Notes: generated by a model not told the origin, from the sequence alone. DNA of 64,000 bases from Nemertoderma westbladi (GCA_032718475.1 JAUCBJ010006792.1:26022-90021); one strand, 5' to 3'; counted from the first letter of the stretch, positions 13,201 through 27,715 are shown. A program made the numbers and translations.

Positions 13201-16200
13201 CGACTTTTTATTTCAAATAAAAGAGACAACGAGGTCGGCTCGGTCTTGCACGATTGGGCACGATTAAGTTCGACTTGGCTTGATCGGCTCGGTTTGGCTC
13301 GATTAGGCTCCTCGTTTTGGAATTTCGAAACCACGCTGGTGCGATGCGCGATATCGTGTTTAGTTAATAAATTGAAAACTCCATCAATTCATGTGCAACC
13401 AGTAATAAGAAATCGCGATAAATGTAATTTAATAAAAATTATTCTAGAAAAATTTTCCTCAAAAAGTATGAAGTCTTGGCGTTGGTGACGCGAAACTAGG
13501 CTAGTGAGATTCAGGATATTGCGTTTAATATAAAAATCGAAAACGCTATCGAATTCCGTAAAGGCGTTAATAAAATACTGAAACTTTTTTGAAATTTGTA
13601 AAATTCTAGAACTGGAAAAAATTATTTTTTGAACGGCGCTGTTTGGGGTTTGGAAACATGGATAGGCTGAAAGAGGACATCTAATTAAGTTGAAAAATGA
13701 AAACCCCATCGAATTTGGACAAAGCGTTCCGGATTTATAGCGGATCGAAAAAAATTGACCCCCCCCCCAGTCGCCAAAAATTTACAGTAATTTAAAATTT
13801 TGCAAAAAAAAATTTTTGCGTTATTTTTGATGGCGAATCGATTGGCAGTACTGGCTACGAAAAATTTTTTTTTGAAATTTTTGGTCAGAAAAAAAACATG
13901 GAAAAAGTATATTTTTAAAAAGATTTGATGTCTTTGCCTATGGTCAGAGAATGATCCAACTCTGTAACTTGGCAATCGCTCAAATCCATTCAGCTGAATG
14001 GCACAGTAGAGTAAACTAAAGTAAATTCCCTATACAATGTTCTGAAGGGGTGACTGACAGAGAGTAATCCAACAATAAAACATTTTGCAATAATGTTGGC
14101 ATTAATGTAGCCAACTCACTGTGTACGTAACAGTCATTCAGCTTACATTAGCAGAGTGAGATATTACCATAGATTGCATTGGGAAGAGTAATTCAGCTGA
14201 GGCGATATTAGATTTCAAACTAAACCAACCAGTTCATAATGTTTGCTTTGACAGAGAGTGGTGGCCTATACAAACAGTATGGGTGTACTGAGTATAATAA
14301 TCTTGGCAACCTCATCGATTTATTACTAAGCCTTCTGTAGAAATGCATTACATAAGCCATTTTTCATCACGACACCAGCTGTCATGGGTGTTATTTTACC
14401 ATTGCGCCTATGGCGTTTTTTCGTTTATGTCTATTTTTCGAGCCCACGGCTCATGGACGAAATAGCGGAACATACCAGGGACCTTAGAATCGCGGTATCT
14501 AGCCGCTGTGAAAATTTCATCAAAATCGTTAGAGTAGTTTTGGCTGTAGATTAGTCAGTCAGTCAGTCAGTCAGCCAGCCAGCCAGCCAGTCTCGAGCAA
14601 TTCTTACAGTAATGAACCTCTCGGTTCCTAACTAGTGACGGGCCTAGCGGCCCGATAAGGAACCGACTTTTTATTTTATTAAATAAAAGAGACACCGAGA
14701 ATTAGTATAGAACTAATAATTATCTAAAAATACAATCATATTTCATACAATAATTATTAATAAATTCGATCTATTATTAGTTTCTCAATTCTAGAACAAA
14801 ATCGACCTGCAACTAGTGAAGACCTCGTTTTAGAATTTCGAAACCACGCTGGTGCGATGCGCGATATCGTGTTTAGTTAATAAATTGAAAACTCCATCAA
14901 TTCATGTGCAATCAGTAATAAGAAATCGCTATAAATGTAATTAAATAAAAATTATTCTAGAAAAATTTTCCTCAAAAAATATGAAATCTTGGCATTGGTG
15001 ACGCGAAACTAGGCTAGTGAGATTCAGGATATTGCGTTTAATATAAAAATCGAAAACGCTATCGAATTCCGTAAAGGCGTTAATAAAATACTGCAACTTT
15101 TTTGAAATTTGTAAAATTCTAGAACTAGAAAAAAATAATTTTTGGACGGCGCTGTTTGGGGTTTCGAAACATGGATAGGCTGAAAGAGGACATCGAATTA
15201 AGTTGAAAAATGAAAACCCCATCGAATTTGGACAAAGCGTTCCGGAGTTATAGCGGATCGAAAAAAATTGACCCCCCCCAGTCGCCAAAAATTTACAGTA
15301 ATTTAAAATTTTGTAAAAAAAATTTTTTGCGTTATTTTTGATGGCGAATCGATTGGCAGTACTGGCTACGAAAAATTTTTTTTTTAATTTTTGGTCAGAA
15401 AAAAAAACATCGAAAAAGTATATTTTTAAAAAGATTTGATGTCTTTGCCTATGGTCAGAGAATGATCCAACTCTGTACTTGGCAATCGCTCAAATCCATT
15501 CAGCTGAATGGCACAGTAGAGTAAACTAAAGTATATTTCATACAATAATTATTAATAAATTATTCTAGAAAAATGTTCCTCAAAAAGTATGAAGTCTTGG
15601 CATTGGTGACGCGAAACTAGGCTAGTGAGATTCAGGATATTGCGTTTAATATAAAAATCGAAAACGCTATCGAATTCCGTAAAGGCGTTAATAAAATACT
15701 GCAACTTTTTTGAAATTTGTAAAATTCTAGAACTAGAAAAAATTAATTTTTGAACGGCGCTGTTTGGGGTTTCGAAACATGGATAGGCTGAAAGAGGACA
15801 TCGAATTAAGTTGAAAAATAAAAACCCCATCGAATTTGGACAAAGCGTTCCGGAGTTATAGCGGATCGAAAAAAATTGACCCCCCCCAGTCGCCAAAAAT
15901 TTACAGTAATTTAAAATTTTGCAAAAAAAATTTTTTGCGTTATTTTTGATGGCAAATCGATTGACAGTACTGGCTATGAAAAAATCTTTTTGAAATTTTT
16001 GGTCAGAAAAAAAACATGGAAAAAGTATCTTTTTAAAAAGATTTGCTGTCTTTGCCTATGGTCAGAGAATGATCCAACTCTGTTACTTGGCAATCGCTCA
16101 AATCCATTCAGCTGAATGGCACAGTAGAGTAAACTAAAGTATATTCCCTATACAATGTTCTGAAGGGGAGACTGACAGAGAGTCCAACAATAAAACATTT

Positions 16201-16715
16201 TGCAAAAATGTTGACATTAATGTAGCCAACTCACTGTGTACTTAAGTCATTCAGCTTACATTAGCAGAGGGAGATATTCCCATAGAGTGCGCATTGGGAA
16301 GAGTAATTCAGCTGAGGCAATAATAGATTTCAAACTAAACCAACCAGTTAACAGAGTGTCCTAAGGCCTAAACAAACAGTATTGGTGTACTAAGTGAATA
16401 ATCTTGGCAACCTCATCGATTTATACTAAGCCTTGTGTAGAAATCCATTACGTAAGCCATTTTTCATCACGACACCAGCTGTTATTGGTGATATTTTACC
16501 ATTGCGCCTATGGCGTTTTTTCGTTTATGTCTATTTTTCGAGCCCACGGCTCATGGACGAAATAGCGGAACATATCAGGGACCTTAGAATCGCGGTATCC
16601 AGCCGCTGTGAAAATTTCATCAAAATCGTTAGAGTAGTTTTGGCTATAGATTAGCCAGCCAGCCAGTCAATCAATCAGCCAACAATTCTTACAGTAATGA
16701 ACCTCTCGGTTCCTA

Positions 16716-18453
16716 ACTAGTGACGGCGTCAAGACGCCGTTAAGCAAGTCGGAAGTCGTCAATCAAAGGTAAGTTCCCTCAACAATGTTTACCTTTGTTC
16801 AGAAGGGAAGTGTTATTTATCTATGGTCAGAGAGAGATCCCACTCTGTAATTTGGCAATTGCTCAAATCCATTCAGCTGAATGACTCAGTAGAGTAAACT
16901 AAAGTAAATTCCCTCAGCCTCAACAATGTTTGCCTATGGTGTGAAGGGAATCTGACAGAGAATAATCTTAGCCACTAAATGTCATTCACCTAACAAAACA
17001 TTTTGAATGCCACAGTGATTAACCCAATACAGATAATAAGCAGTTATTTTTATATTTCAAACTATAATGTTAGTGTAAGCCTTACAGAGTATCAGTATGA
17101 GGCTGAGTAAACATTCCGCCTTATAAGCATACAGCCTCCACAGTATTAATGTTGGCCAAAAGATTTATAAATAAAATACAGTGCAATAGTACTCTGTAAC
17201 CTACAGTCATTCAGCTTGCACTAAATGTCAATCACCTATAAAACATTTTGAATGCCACAGTGAATATTAACCCAATACAGATAATAAGAAGTGATTTTTA
17301 TATTTCAAACTATAATGTTAGTCTTAGCCTTACAGAGTATCAGTATAAGGCTGTGTAAACATTCCGCCTTATAAGCATACAGCCTCCACAGTATTAATGT
17401 TGGCCAAAAGATTTAAAAATAAAATACAGTGCAATAGTACTCTGTAACCTACAGTCATTCAGCTTGCACTAAATATCAATCACCTATAAAACATTTAAAC
17501 ATTTTGAATGCCACAGTGTATAACCTGATACAGATAGTAAGCAGTGATTTTTATGTTTTAAACTATAACGTTAGTGTTAGCCTTCTTACAGTGTATCAGT
17601 ATGAAGCTGAGTAAACATTCGCCTTAGAAGCATACAACCTCCAAAGTATTAATGTTGGACGAAAGATTTAAAAATAAAATACAGTACAGTAGTACTCTGT
17701 AACTAACAGTCATTCAGCTTGCACTAAATGTCAATCACCTATAAAACATTTTGAATGCCACAGTGATTATTAACCCAATACAGATAATAAGAAGTGATTT
17801 TTATATTTCAAACTATAATGTTAGTCTTAGCCTTACAGAGTATCAGTATAAGGCTGTGTAAACATTCCACCTTATAAGCATACAGCCTCCACAGTATTAA
17901 TGTTGGCATTAATGTAGCCGATACACTGTATACCTAATAGTCATTCAGCAGGGGGAAGAGTTATTCAGCTGAGGCGGTAATAGATTGCAAACTAAACCAA
18001 CCAGTTGGCAGCCTCATCGATTTATACTAAGCCTGTGTAGAACCACAAACTAAATCAACCAGTTAATATTTGCTTTGACAGAGTGTCCTAGGGCCTAAAC
18101 AAACAGTATGGGTGTACTAAGTACAATAATCTTGGCAACCTCATCGATTTATACTAAGCCTTGTGTAGAAATGCATTACATAAGCCATTTTTCATCAGGA
18201 CACCAGCTGTCATTGGTGTTATTTTACCATAGCGCCTATGGCGTTTTTTCGTTTATCTCTATTTTTCAAGCCCATAGGCTATGGACGGAGTAGCCGATCA
18301 TGCCAGGGACCTTAGAATCGCGGTATCTAGCTGCTGTGAAAATTTCATCAAAATCGTTAGAGTAGTTTTGGCTGTAGGTCAGTCAGTCAGTCAGTCAGCC
18401 AGTCAATCAATCAGCAAACAATTCTTACAGTAATCAAGTCTAACGACTTGCTA
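16716..18453 (-). mobile_element. Helentron-type unit, terminus family B (long), with internal ~250-bp tandem repeat
   Basis: Hairpin ACGGCGTCAAGACGCCGT plus subTIR AGCAAGTCG at the left. Palindromic CAAGTCTAACGACTTGCTAA at the right. Confidence 0.75.
16975..17900. repeat. ~250-bp tandem repeat, ~3.7 copies
   Basis: CTAAATGTCA(A/T)TCACCTA..AAAACATTTTGAATGCCACAGTG recurs at about 16975, 17221, 17469 and 17724. Confidence 0.85.
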
Positions 18454-18782
18454 ACTAGAGACGGCGTCAAGACGCCGTTAAGCAAGTCGGAAGTCATCAT
18501 TCAAATGTAAATTCCATCAATAAGCTATCATTGGTGTTATTTTACCATTGCGCCTATGGCGTTTTTTCGTTTATGTCTATTTTTCGAGCCCACGGCTCAT
18601 GGACGAAATAGCGGAACATACCAGGGACCTTAGAATCGCGGTATCTAGCCGCTGTAAAAATTTCATCAAAATCGTTAGAGTAGTTTTGGCTGTAGATCAG
18701 CCAGCCAGCCAGTCAGTCAGCCAGCCAGCCAGCCAGTCAGTCAACAATTCTTATTACAGTAATCAAGTCCTACGACTTGCTA
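18453..18782 (-). mobile_element. Minimal ~330-bp Helentron-type unit, family B
   Basis: AACTAGAGACGGCGTCAAGACGCCGTTAAGCAAGTCG ... core ... CAAGTCCTACGACTTGCTAA. Confidence 0.75.
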
Positions 18783-20414
18783 ACTAGTGACGGGCCTAGC
18801 GGCCCGATAAGGAACCGACTTTTTATTTTAAATAAAAGAGACAACAAGAATTAGTATAGAACTAATAATTATGTAAAAATACAATCATATTTCATACAAT
18901 AATTATTAATAAATTCGATCTATTATTAGTTGCTCAATTCTAGAACAAAATCGACCTGCAACTAGTGAAGACCACGTTTTGGAATTTCGAAACCACGCTG
19001 GTGCGATGCGCGATATCGTGTTTAATTAATAAATCGAAAACTCCATCAATTCATGTGCAACCAGTAATAAGAAATCGCGATAAATGTAATTAAATAAAGA
19101 TTATTCTAGAAAAATTTTCTTCAAAAAGTATGAAGTCTTGGCGTTGGTGACGCGAAACTAGGCTAGTGAGATTCAGGATATTGCGTTTAATATAAGAATC
19201 GAAAACGCTATCGAATTCCGTAAAGGCGTTAATAAAATACTGCAACTTTTTTGAAATTTGTAAAATTCTAGAACTAGAAAAAATTAAATTTTGAACGGCG
19301 CTATTTGGGGTTTCGAAACATGGATAGACTGAAAGAGGACATCGAATTAAGTTGAAAAATAAAAACCCCATCGAATTTGGACAAAGCGTTCCGGAGTTAT
19401 AGCGGATCGAAAAAAATTGACCCCCCCCAGTCGCCAAAAATTTACAGTAATTTTAAATTTTGCAAAAAAAAATTTTTGCGTTATTTTTGATGGTGAATCG
19501 ATTGGCAGTACTGGCTACGAAAATTTTTTTTTGAAATTTTTGTTCAGAAAAAAAAACATGGAAAAATTATATTTTTAAAAAGATTTGTCTTTGCCTATGG
19601 TCAGAGAATGATCCAACTCTGTAACTTGGCAATCGCTCAAATCCATTCAGCTGAATGGCACAGTAGAGTAAACTAAAGTAAATTCCCTATACAATGTTCT
19701 GAAGGGGAGACTGACAGAGAGTAATCCAACAATAAAACATTTTGCAATATTGTTGGCATTAATGTAGCCAACACACTGTGTACTTAAAGTCATTCAGCTT
19801 ACATTAGCAGAGTGAGATATTCTCATAGAATGCATTGGGAAGAGTAATTCAGCTGAGGCGATAATAGATTTCTAACTAAACCAACCAGTTAATATTTGCT
19901 TTGACAGAGTGTCCTAGGGCCTAAACAAACAGTATGGGTGTACTAAGTAGAATAATCTTGGCAACCTCATCGATTTATACTAAGCCTTGTGTAGAAATCC
20001 ATTACATAAGCCATTTTTCATCACGACACCAGCTGTTATTGGTGTTATTTTACCATTGCGCTTATGGCGTTTTTTCGTTTATGTCTATTTTTCGAGCCCA
20101 CGGCTCATGGACGAAATAGCGGAACATACCAGGGACCTTAGAATCGCGGTATCCAGCCGCTGTGAAAATTTCATCAAAATCGTTAGAGTAGTTTTTGCTG
20201 TAGGTCAGTCAGTCAGTCAGTCAGTCAGCCAGTCAATCAGTCAGCGAATTACAGTAATGAAGAACAATTCTTACAGTAATGAACCTCTCGGTTCCTAACT
20301 AGTGACGGGCCTAGCGGCCCGATAAGGAACCGACTTTTTATTTCAAATAAAAGAGACAACGAGCTCGGCTCGGTCTTGCACGATTGGGCACGATTAAGTT
20401 CGACTTGGCTTGAT

Positions 20415-20790
20415 CGGCTCGGCTCGGCTCGGCTCGCCTCGGCTCGGCTCGGCTCGGTTCGGTTCGGCTCGGCTCGGTTCGGCTCGGCTCGGCTCGGCAC
20501 GGCTCGGCTCGGCTCGGCTCGGCTCGGCTCGGCTCGGCTCGGCTCGGCTCGGCTCGGCTCGGCTCGGCTCGGCTCGGCTCGGCTCGGCTCGGCTCGGCTC
20601 GGCTCGGCTCGGCTCGGCTCGGCTCGGCTCGGCTCGGCTCGGCTCGGCTCGGCTCGGCTCGGCTCGGCTCGGCTCGGCTCGGCTCGGCTCGGCTCGGCTC
20701 GGCTCGGCTCGGCTCGGCTCGGCTCGGCTCGGCTCGGCTCGGCTCGGCTCGGCTCGGCTCGGCTCGGCTCGGCTCGGCTCGGCTCGGCTC
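20415..20790. repeat. (GGCTC)n microsatellite, ~75 copies, nearly pure
   Basis: Direct inspection. Source of the spurious ARLGS/AEPSR ORFs. Confidence 0.97.
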
Positions 20791-20807
20791 GGTCTGAGTC
20801 GACTCCC

Positions 20808-21272
20808 CGTGCTGCTCAAAGGGCGCAAATACATATATCAAAGGGTCAAAGCAAAACTCACGTGCTGCTCGAAGGGTCAAAGTCAAACAATGTGTCTATT
20901 ATTTGATGTAATTCGCGTGCTGCTCGAAGGGCGCAAATACATATATCGAAGGGTCAAAGCAAAACTCACGTGCTGCTCGAAGGGTCAAAGTCAAACAATG
21001 TGTCTATTATTTGATGTAATTCACGTGCTGCTCGAAGGGCGCAAATACATATATCGAAGGGTCAAAGCAAAACTCACGTGCTGCTCGAAGGGTCAAAGTC
21101 AAACAATGTGTCTATTATTTGATGTAATTCACGTGCTGCTCGAAGGGCGCAAATACATATATCGAAGGGTCAAAGCAAAACTCACGTGCTGCTCGAAGGG
21201 ACAAAGTCAAACATCGTGTCTATTATTTGATTATCTCACGTGCTGCTAGAAGGGCGCAACTACATATATCGA
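20808..21272. repeat. 108-bp minisatellite (dimer of ~54-bp CACGTGCTGCTCGAAGGG subunits), ~4.3 copies; also at ~23823-24070, ~33765-33990 and ~35945-36270
   Basis: 36-codon periodicity in ORF 20410..21249 and direct inspection. Confidence 0.9.
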
Positions 21273-22083
21273 AACAAGCCCCTGTCTTGTATTTTAATTA
21301 TATCAGAAATCCTTGCCTTCAGTACAAATATCTAAAAATTCATTCACCTGAAGTATGGGTAACATTATAAATTCGTTTTTCGCACAGTAGAGTTAACTAA
21401 GCAAATACCCTCCAGGTTGACTGAATGATTTTATTAATGTTTGCCATGCATAATGTACTATATTTGGGTCCCATGACCCACCCCATTGAACAGCTTTGCT
21501 TACATCTGATAGAAAGTAATCCCAAATTAACTTCCCTCTACGAAAATTATTTTAATTAAATACATACAACATAGCAGTCAACTCTGCAATCAACAGTACA
21601 CAATAACTAAAATGGCATTCAGCTTACCAGCTATTCGCATTAAGCTAATAGATATTCGATTTCATTGGATTCAGCGAGTGTGTGAGGGCTATTGGGAGAG
21701 CAATCAGCTTATGATGTAATACATTAGAATGCACGGCTTTTGTTTGCTTACTGTCTGAGTTGTAGAGTGAGGATAATACTTGGCAGAGAAAGCATTTCCT
21801 CGTTAGGTGGCCATTCCTATAGAATAGCATTACTAGGCTATCTCTATCCATTTTTCATGAGAGCCAGCTGGTGTTTTTATCATTGCGCCTATGGCGTTTT
21901 TTCGTTTATGTCTATTTTTCGAGCCCACGGCTCATGGACGAAATAGCGGAACATACCAGGGACCTTAGAATCGCGGTATCCAGCCGCTGTGAAAATTTCA
22001 TCAAAATCGTTAGAGTAGTTTTGGCTGTAGATCAGCCAGCCAGTCTCGAGCAATTCTTACAGTAATGAACCTCTCGGTTCCTA

Positions 22084-22418
22084 ACTAGAGACGGCGTCAA
22101 GACGCCGTTAAGCAAGTCGGAAGTCATCAATCAAATGTAAATTCCATCAACAAGCTGTCATTGGTGTTATTTTACCATTGCGCCTATGGCGTTTTTTCGT
22201 TTATGTCTATTTTTCGAGCCCACGGCTCATGGACGAAATAGCGGAACATACCAGGGACCTTAGAATCGCGGTATCTAGCCGCTGTGAAAATTTCATCAAA
22301 ATCGTTAGAGTAGTTTTGGCTGTAGATCAGCCAGCCAGCCAGCCAGCCAGTCAGCCAGCCAGCCAGCCAGTCAATCAGCCAACAATTCTTACAGTAATCA
22401 AGTCCTACGACTTGCTAA
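22084..22418 (-). mobile_element. Minimal ~330-bp Helentron-type unit, family B (second copy)
   Basis: Near-identical to 18453-18782, including both termini. Confidence 0.75.
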
Positions 22419-22534
22419 CTAGTGACGGGCCTAGCGGCCCGATAAGGAACCGACTTTTTATTTCAAATAAAAGAGACAACGAGCTCGGCTCGGTCTTGCA
22501 CGATTGGGCACGATTAAGTTCGACTTGGCTTGAT

Positions 22535-23805
22535 CGGCTCGGCTCGGCTCGGTTCGGCTCGGCTCGGCTCGGTTCGGTTCGGCTCGGCTCGGCTCGGCTC
22601 GGCTCGGCTCGGCTCGGCTCGGCTCGGCTCGGCTCGGCTCGGCTCGGCTCGGCTCGGCTCGGCTCGGCTCGGCTCGGCTCGGCTCGGCTCGGCTCGGCTC
22701 GGCTCGGCTCGGCTCGGCTCGGCTCGGCTCGGCTCGGCTCGGCTCGGCTCGGCTCGGCTCGGCTCGGCTCGGCTCGGCTCGGCTCGGCTCGGCTCGGCAC
22801 GGCTCGGCTCGGCTCGGCTCGGCTCGGCTCGGCTCGGCTCGGCTCGGCTCGGCTCGGCTCGGCTCGGCTCGGCTCGGCTCGGTTCGCTCGGCTCGGTTCG
22901 GCTCGGCTCGGCTCGGCTCGGCTCGGCTCGGCTCGGCTCGGCTCGGCTCGGCTCGGCTCGGCACGGCTCGGCTCGGCTCGGCTCGGCTCGGCTTCGGCAC
23001 GGCTCGGCACGGCTCGGCTCGGCTCGGCTCGGCTCGGCTCGGCTCGGCTCGGCTCGGCTCGGCTCGGCTCGGCTCGGCTCGGCTCGGCTCGGCTCGGCTC
23101 GGCTCGGCTCGGCTCGGCTCGGCTCGGCTCGGCTCGGCTCGGCTCGGCTCGGCTCGGCTCGGCTCGGCTCGGCACGGCTCGGCTCGGCTCGGCTCGGCTC
23201 GGCTCGGCTCGGCTCGGCTCGGCTCGGCTCGGCTCGGCTCGGCTCGGCTCGGCTCGGCTCGGCTCGGCTCGGCTCGGCTCGGCTCGGCTCGGCTCGGCTC
23301 GGCTCGGCTCGGCTCGGCTCGGCTCGGCTCGGCTCGGCTCGGCTCGGCTCGGCTCGGCTCGGCTCGGCTCGGCTCGGCTCGGCTCGGCTCGGCTCGGCTC
23401 GGCTCGGCTCGGCTCGGCTCGGCTCGGCTCGGCTCGGCTCGGCTCGGCTCGGCTCGGCTCGGCTCGGCTCGGCTCGGCTCGGCTCGGCACGGCTCGGCAC
23501 GGCACGGCTCGGCTCGGCTCGGCTCGGCTCGGCTCGGCTCGGCTCGGCTCGGCTCGGCTCGGCTCGGCTCGGCTCGGCTCGGCTCGGCTCGGCTCGGCTC
23601 GGCTCGGCTCTACTCGGCTCGGCTCGGCTCGGCTCGGCTCGGCTCGGCTCGGCTCGGCTCGGCTCGGCTCGGCTCGGCTCGGCTCGGCTCGGCTCGGCTC
23701 GGCTCGGCTCGGCTCGGCTCGGCTCGGCTCGGCTCGGCTCGGCTCGGCTCGGCTCGGCTCGGCTCGGCTCGGCTCGGCTCGGCTCGGCTCGGCTCGGCTC
23801 GGCTC
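22535..23805. repeat. (GGCTC)n microsatellite, ~250 copies, nearly pure
   Basis: Direct inspection; occasional GGCAC/GGTTC variants. Confidence 0.97.
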
Positions 23806-26800
23806 GGTCTGAGTCGACTCCCCGTGCTGCTCGAAGGGCGCAAATACATATATCGAAGGGTCAAAGCAAAACTCACGTGCTGCTCGAAGGGACAAAGTCA
23901 AACAATGTGTCTATTATTTGATGTAATTCACGTGCTGCTCGAAGGGCGCAAATACATATATCGAAGGCTCAAAGCAAAACTCACGTGCTGCTCGAAGGGA
24001 CAAAGTCAAACATTGTGTCTATTATTTGATTATCTCACGTGCTGCTAGAAGGGCGCAACTACATATATCGAAACAAGCCCCTGTCTTGTATTTTAATTAT
24101 ATCAGAAATCCTTGCCTTCAGTACAAATATCTAAAAATTCATTCACCTGAAGTATGGGTAACATTATAAATTCGTTTTTCGCACAGTAGAGTTAACTAAG
24201 CAAATACCCTCCAGGTTGACTGAATGATTTTATTAATGTTTGCCATGCATAATGTACTATATTTGGGTCCCATGACCCACCCCCATTGAACAGCTTTGCT
24301 TACATCTGATAGAAAGTAATCCCAAATTAACTTCCCTCTACGAAAATTATTTTAATTAAATACATACAACATAGCAGTCTACTCTACAGTCAACAGTTCA
24401 CAATAACTAAAATGGCATTCAGCTCTACCAGCTATTCGCATTAAGCTAATAGATATACGATTTCATTCGATTCAGTGAGTGTGTGAGGGCTATTGGGAGA
24501 GCAATCAGCTTATGATGTAATACATTAGAATCCCACGGCTTTTGTTTGCTTACTGTCTGAGTTGTAGAGTGAGGATAATACTTGGCACAGAAAGCATTTC
24601 CTTGTTAGGTGGCCATTCCTATAGAATAGCATTACTAGGCCATCTCTATCCATTTTTCATGAGTGCCAGCTGGTGTTTTTATCATTGCGCCTATGGCGTT
24701 TTTTCGTTTATGTCCATTTTTCGAGCCCACGGCTCATGGACGAAATAGCGGAACATACCAGGGACCTTAGAATCGCGGTATCTAGCCGCTGTGAAAATTT
24801 CATCAAAATCGTTAGAGTAGTTTTGGCTGTAGATCAGTCAGTCAGCCAGTCAGTCACGAGCAATTCTTACAGTAATGAACCTCTCGGTTCCTAAAGACTG
24901 AATGAGAGTATTCCAACAATAAAACATTTTGCAATAATGTTGGCATTAATGTAGCCAACACACTGTGTACGTAAGTCATTCAACTTACATTAGCAGAGTG
25001 AGATATATTTCAAACTAAACCAACCAGTTAATATTTGCTTTGACAGAGTGTCCAAGGGCCTAAACAAACAGTATGGGTGTACTGAGTACAATAATCTTGG
25101 CAACCTCACCGATTTATACTAAGCCTTGTGTAGAAATGCATTACATAAGCCATTTTTCATCACGACACCAGCTGTCATTGGTGTTACTTTACCATTGCGC
25201 CTATGGCGTTTTTTCGTTTATGTCTATTTTTCGAGCCCACGGCTCATGGACGAAATAGCGGAACATACCAGGGACCTTAGAATCGCGGTATCAAGCCGCT
25301 GTGAACATTTCATCAAAATCGTTAGAGTAGTTTTGGCTGTAGATTAGCCAGTCAGCCAGCCAGCCACGAGCAATTCTTACAGTAATGAACCTCTCGGTTC
25401 CTAACTAGTGACGGGCCTAGCGGCCCGATAAGGAACCGACTTTTTATTTTAAATAAAAGAGACAACGAGAATTAGTATAGAACTAATAATTATGTAAAAA
25501 TACAATCATATTTCATACAATAATTATTAATAAATTCGATCTATTATTAGTTGCTCAATTCTAGAACAAAATCGACCTGCAACTAGTGAAGACCTCGTTT
25601 TGGAATTTCGAAACCACGCTGGTGCGATGCGCGATATTGTGTTTAGTTAATAAATTGAAAACTCCATCAATTCATGTGCAACCAGTAATAAGAAATCGCG
25701 ATAAATGTAATTAAATAAAAATTATTCTAGAAAAATTTTCCTCAAAAAGTATGAAGCCTTGGCGTTGGTGACGCGAAACTAGGCAAGTGAGATTCAGGAT
25801 ATTGCGTTTAATATAAAAATCGAAAACGCTATCGAATTCCGTAAAGGCGTTAATAAAATACTGCAACTTTTTTGAAATTTGTAAAATTCTAGAACTAGAA
25901 AAAAATAATTTTTGAACGGCGCTGTTTGGGGTTTCGAAACATGGATAGGCTGAAAGAGGACATCGAATTAAGTTGAAAAATGAAAACCCCATCGAATTTG
26001 GACGAAGCATTCCGGAGTAATAGCGGATCGAAAAAAATTGACCCCCCCCAGTCGCCAAAAATTTACAGTAGTTTAAAATTTTGCAAAAAAAATTTTTTGC
26101 GTTATTTTTGATGGCGAATCGATTGGCAGTACTGGCTACGAAAATTTTTTTTTGAAATTTTTGGTCTGAAAAAAAAACATGGAAAAAGTATATTTTTAAA
26201 AAGATTTGATGTCTTTGCCTATGGTCAGAGAATGATCCAACTCTGTAACTTGGCAATCGCTCAAATCCATTCAGCTGAATGGCACAGTAGAGTAAACTAA
26301 AGTAAATTCCCTATACAATGTTCTGAAGGGGAGACTGACAGAGAGTAATCCAACAATAAAACATTTTGCAATAATGTTGGCATTAATGTAGCCAAGACAC
26401 TGCACTGTGTACTAAACCGTCATTCAGCTTACATTAGCAGAGTGAGATATTCCCATAGGTGGCATTGGGAAGAGTAATTCAGCTGAGGCGATATTAGATT
26501 TCAAACTAAACCAACCAGTTAATATTTGCTTTGACAGAGAGTGCAGGGCCTAAACAAACAGTATGGGTGTACTAAGTACAATAATCTTGGCAACCTCATC
26601 GATTTATACTAAGCCTTGTGTAGAAATGCATTACATAAGCCATTTTTCATCAGGACACCAGCTGTCATGGGTGTTATTTTACCATTGCGCCTTTGGCGTT
26701 TTTTCGTTTATCTCTATTTTTCGAGCCCAGAGGCTATGGACGGAGTAGCCGATCATGCCAGGGACCTTAGAATCGCGGTATCTAGATGCTGTGAAAATTT

Positions 26801-26967
26801 CATCAAAATCGTTAGAGTAGTTTTGGCTATAGATTAACCAGCCAGCCAGCCAGTCAATCAGCCAACAATTCTTACAGTAATGAACCTCTCGGTTCCTAAC
26901 TAGTGACGGGCCTAGCGGCCCGATAAGGAACCGACTTTTTATTTCAAATCAAATAAAAGAGACAACG

Positions 26968-27715
26968 AGCTCGGCTCGGTCTGGCATGATTGGGCCCGAT
27001 TCAGTTCGAATTGGCTTGATCGGCTCGGTTTGGCTCGATTGGTCTCGACTCAGCTCGGTTGGGCTCGAATCGGCTCGATTGGGATTGATTGGGGTTGACT
27101 CGGCTCGATTTGGCTCAACTTGGCTCAGTCCGGCTCGACTGGGCTCGGTCCGGCTTAATTGGGCTCGACTAGGCTTGATTGGGCTCGACTTGGCTCTATT
27201 GGGCTCGACTCGATTCGATTGGGCTTAACTCGGCTCAGTCTGGCTCGACTCGGCTTGATTATGCTCAACTCGGCTCTTTCCGGCTCGACTCAGCTCGATT
27301 GGGCTCGACTCTGCTTGATTGGTCTCGACTCGACTCAGTCCGGCTCAATTTGGCGTGACACGGCTCGACTCGGCTCGATTGGGATCTGCTCGGCTCGGTC
27401 TGAGTCGACTCAGCTTTATTCGGCTCAATCGGCTCGATTGGGTTCGACTCGGCTCGGTCTGGCTCGACTTGGCTCAATTGGGCTCGATTCGACTCAATTG
27501 ATTGGGATTGATTGGGCTTGACTCGGCTCGATTTGGCTCAAATTGGCCCAGTCTGGCACGATTGGGCTCGACTTGGCTCGGTCCCGCTCAATTGGGCTCG
27601 ACTAGGATTGATTGGGCTCTACTCGGCTCTTTTGGGCTCGACTTGACTCGATTGGGCTTGACTCGGCTCAGTCTGGCTTGCTCGGCCTGATTGGGCTCAA
27701 CTCGGCTCCATTCGG
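26968..27715. repeat. Degenerate GGCTC/GATTG/GACTC pentamer-based satellite; related tracts at ~29065-29590, ~32965-33760 and ~34855-35935
   Basis: Alternating GGCTC and GA(T/C)T(G/C) pentamers give ~10-bp periodicity, at the same position within the Helentron unit as the pure tracts. Confidence 0.9.

Noticed and set aside
20249-23921. Long ORFs of ARLGS/AEPSR repeats (up to 544 aa) on both strands
   Set aside because: Translation of the stop-free (GGCTC)n microsatellite; open in all frames.
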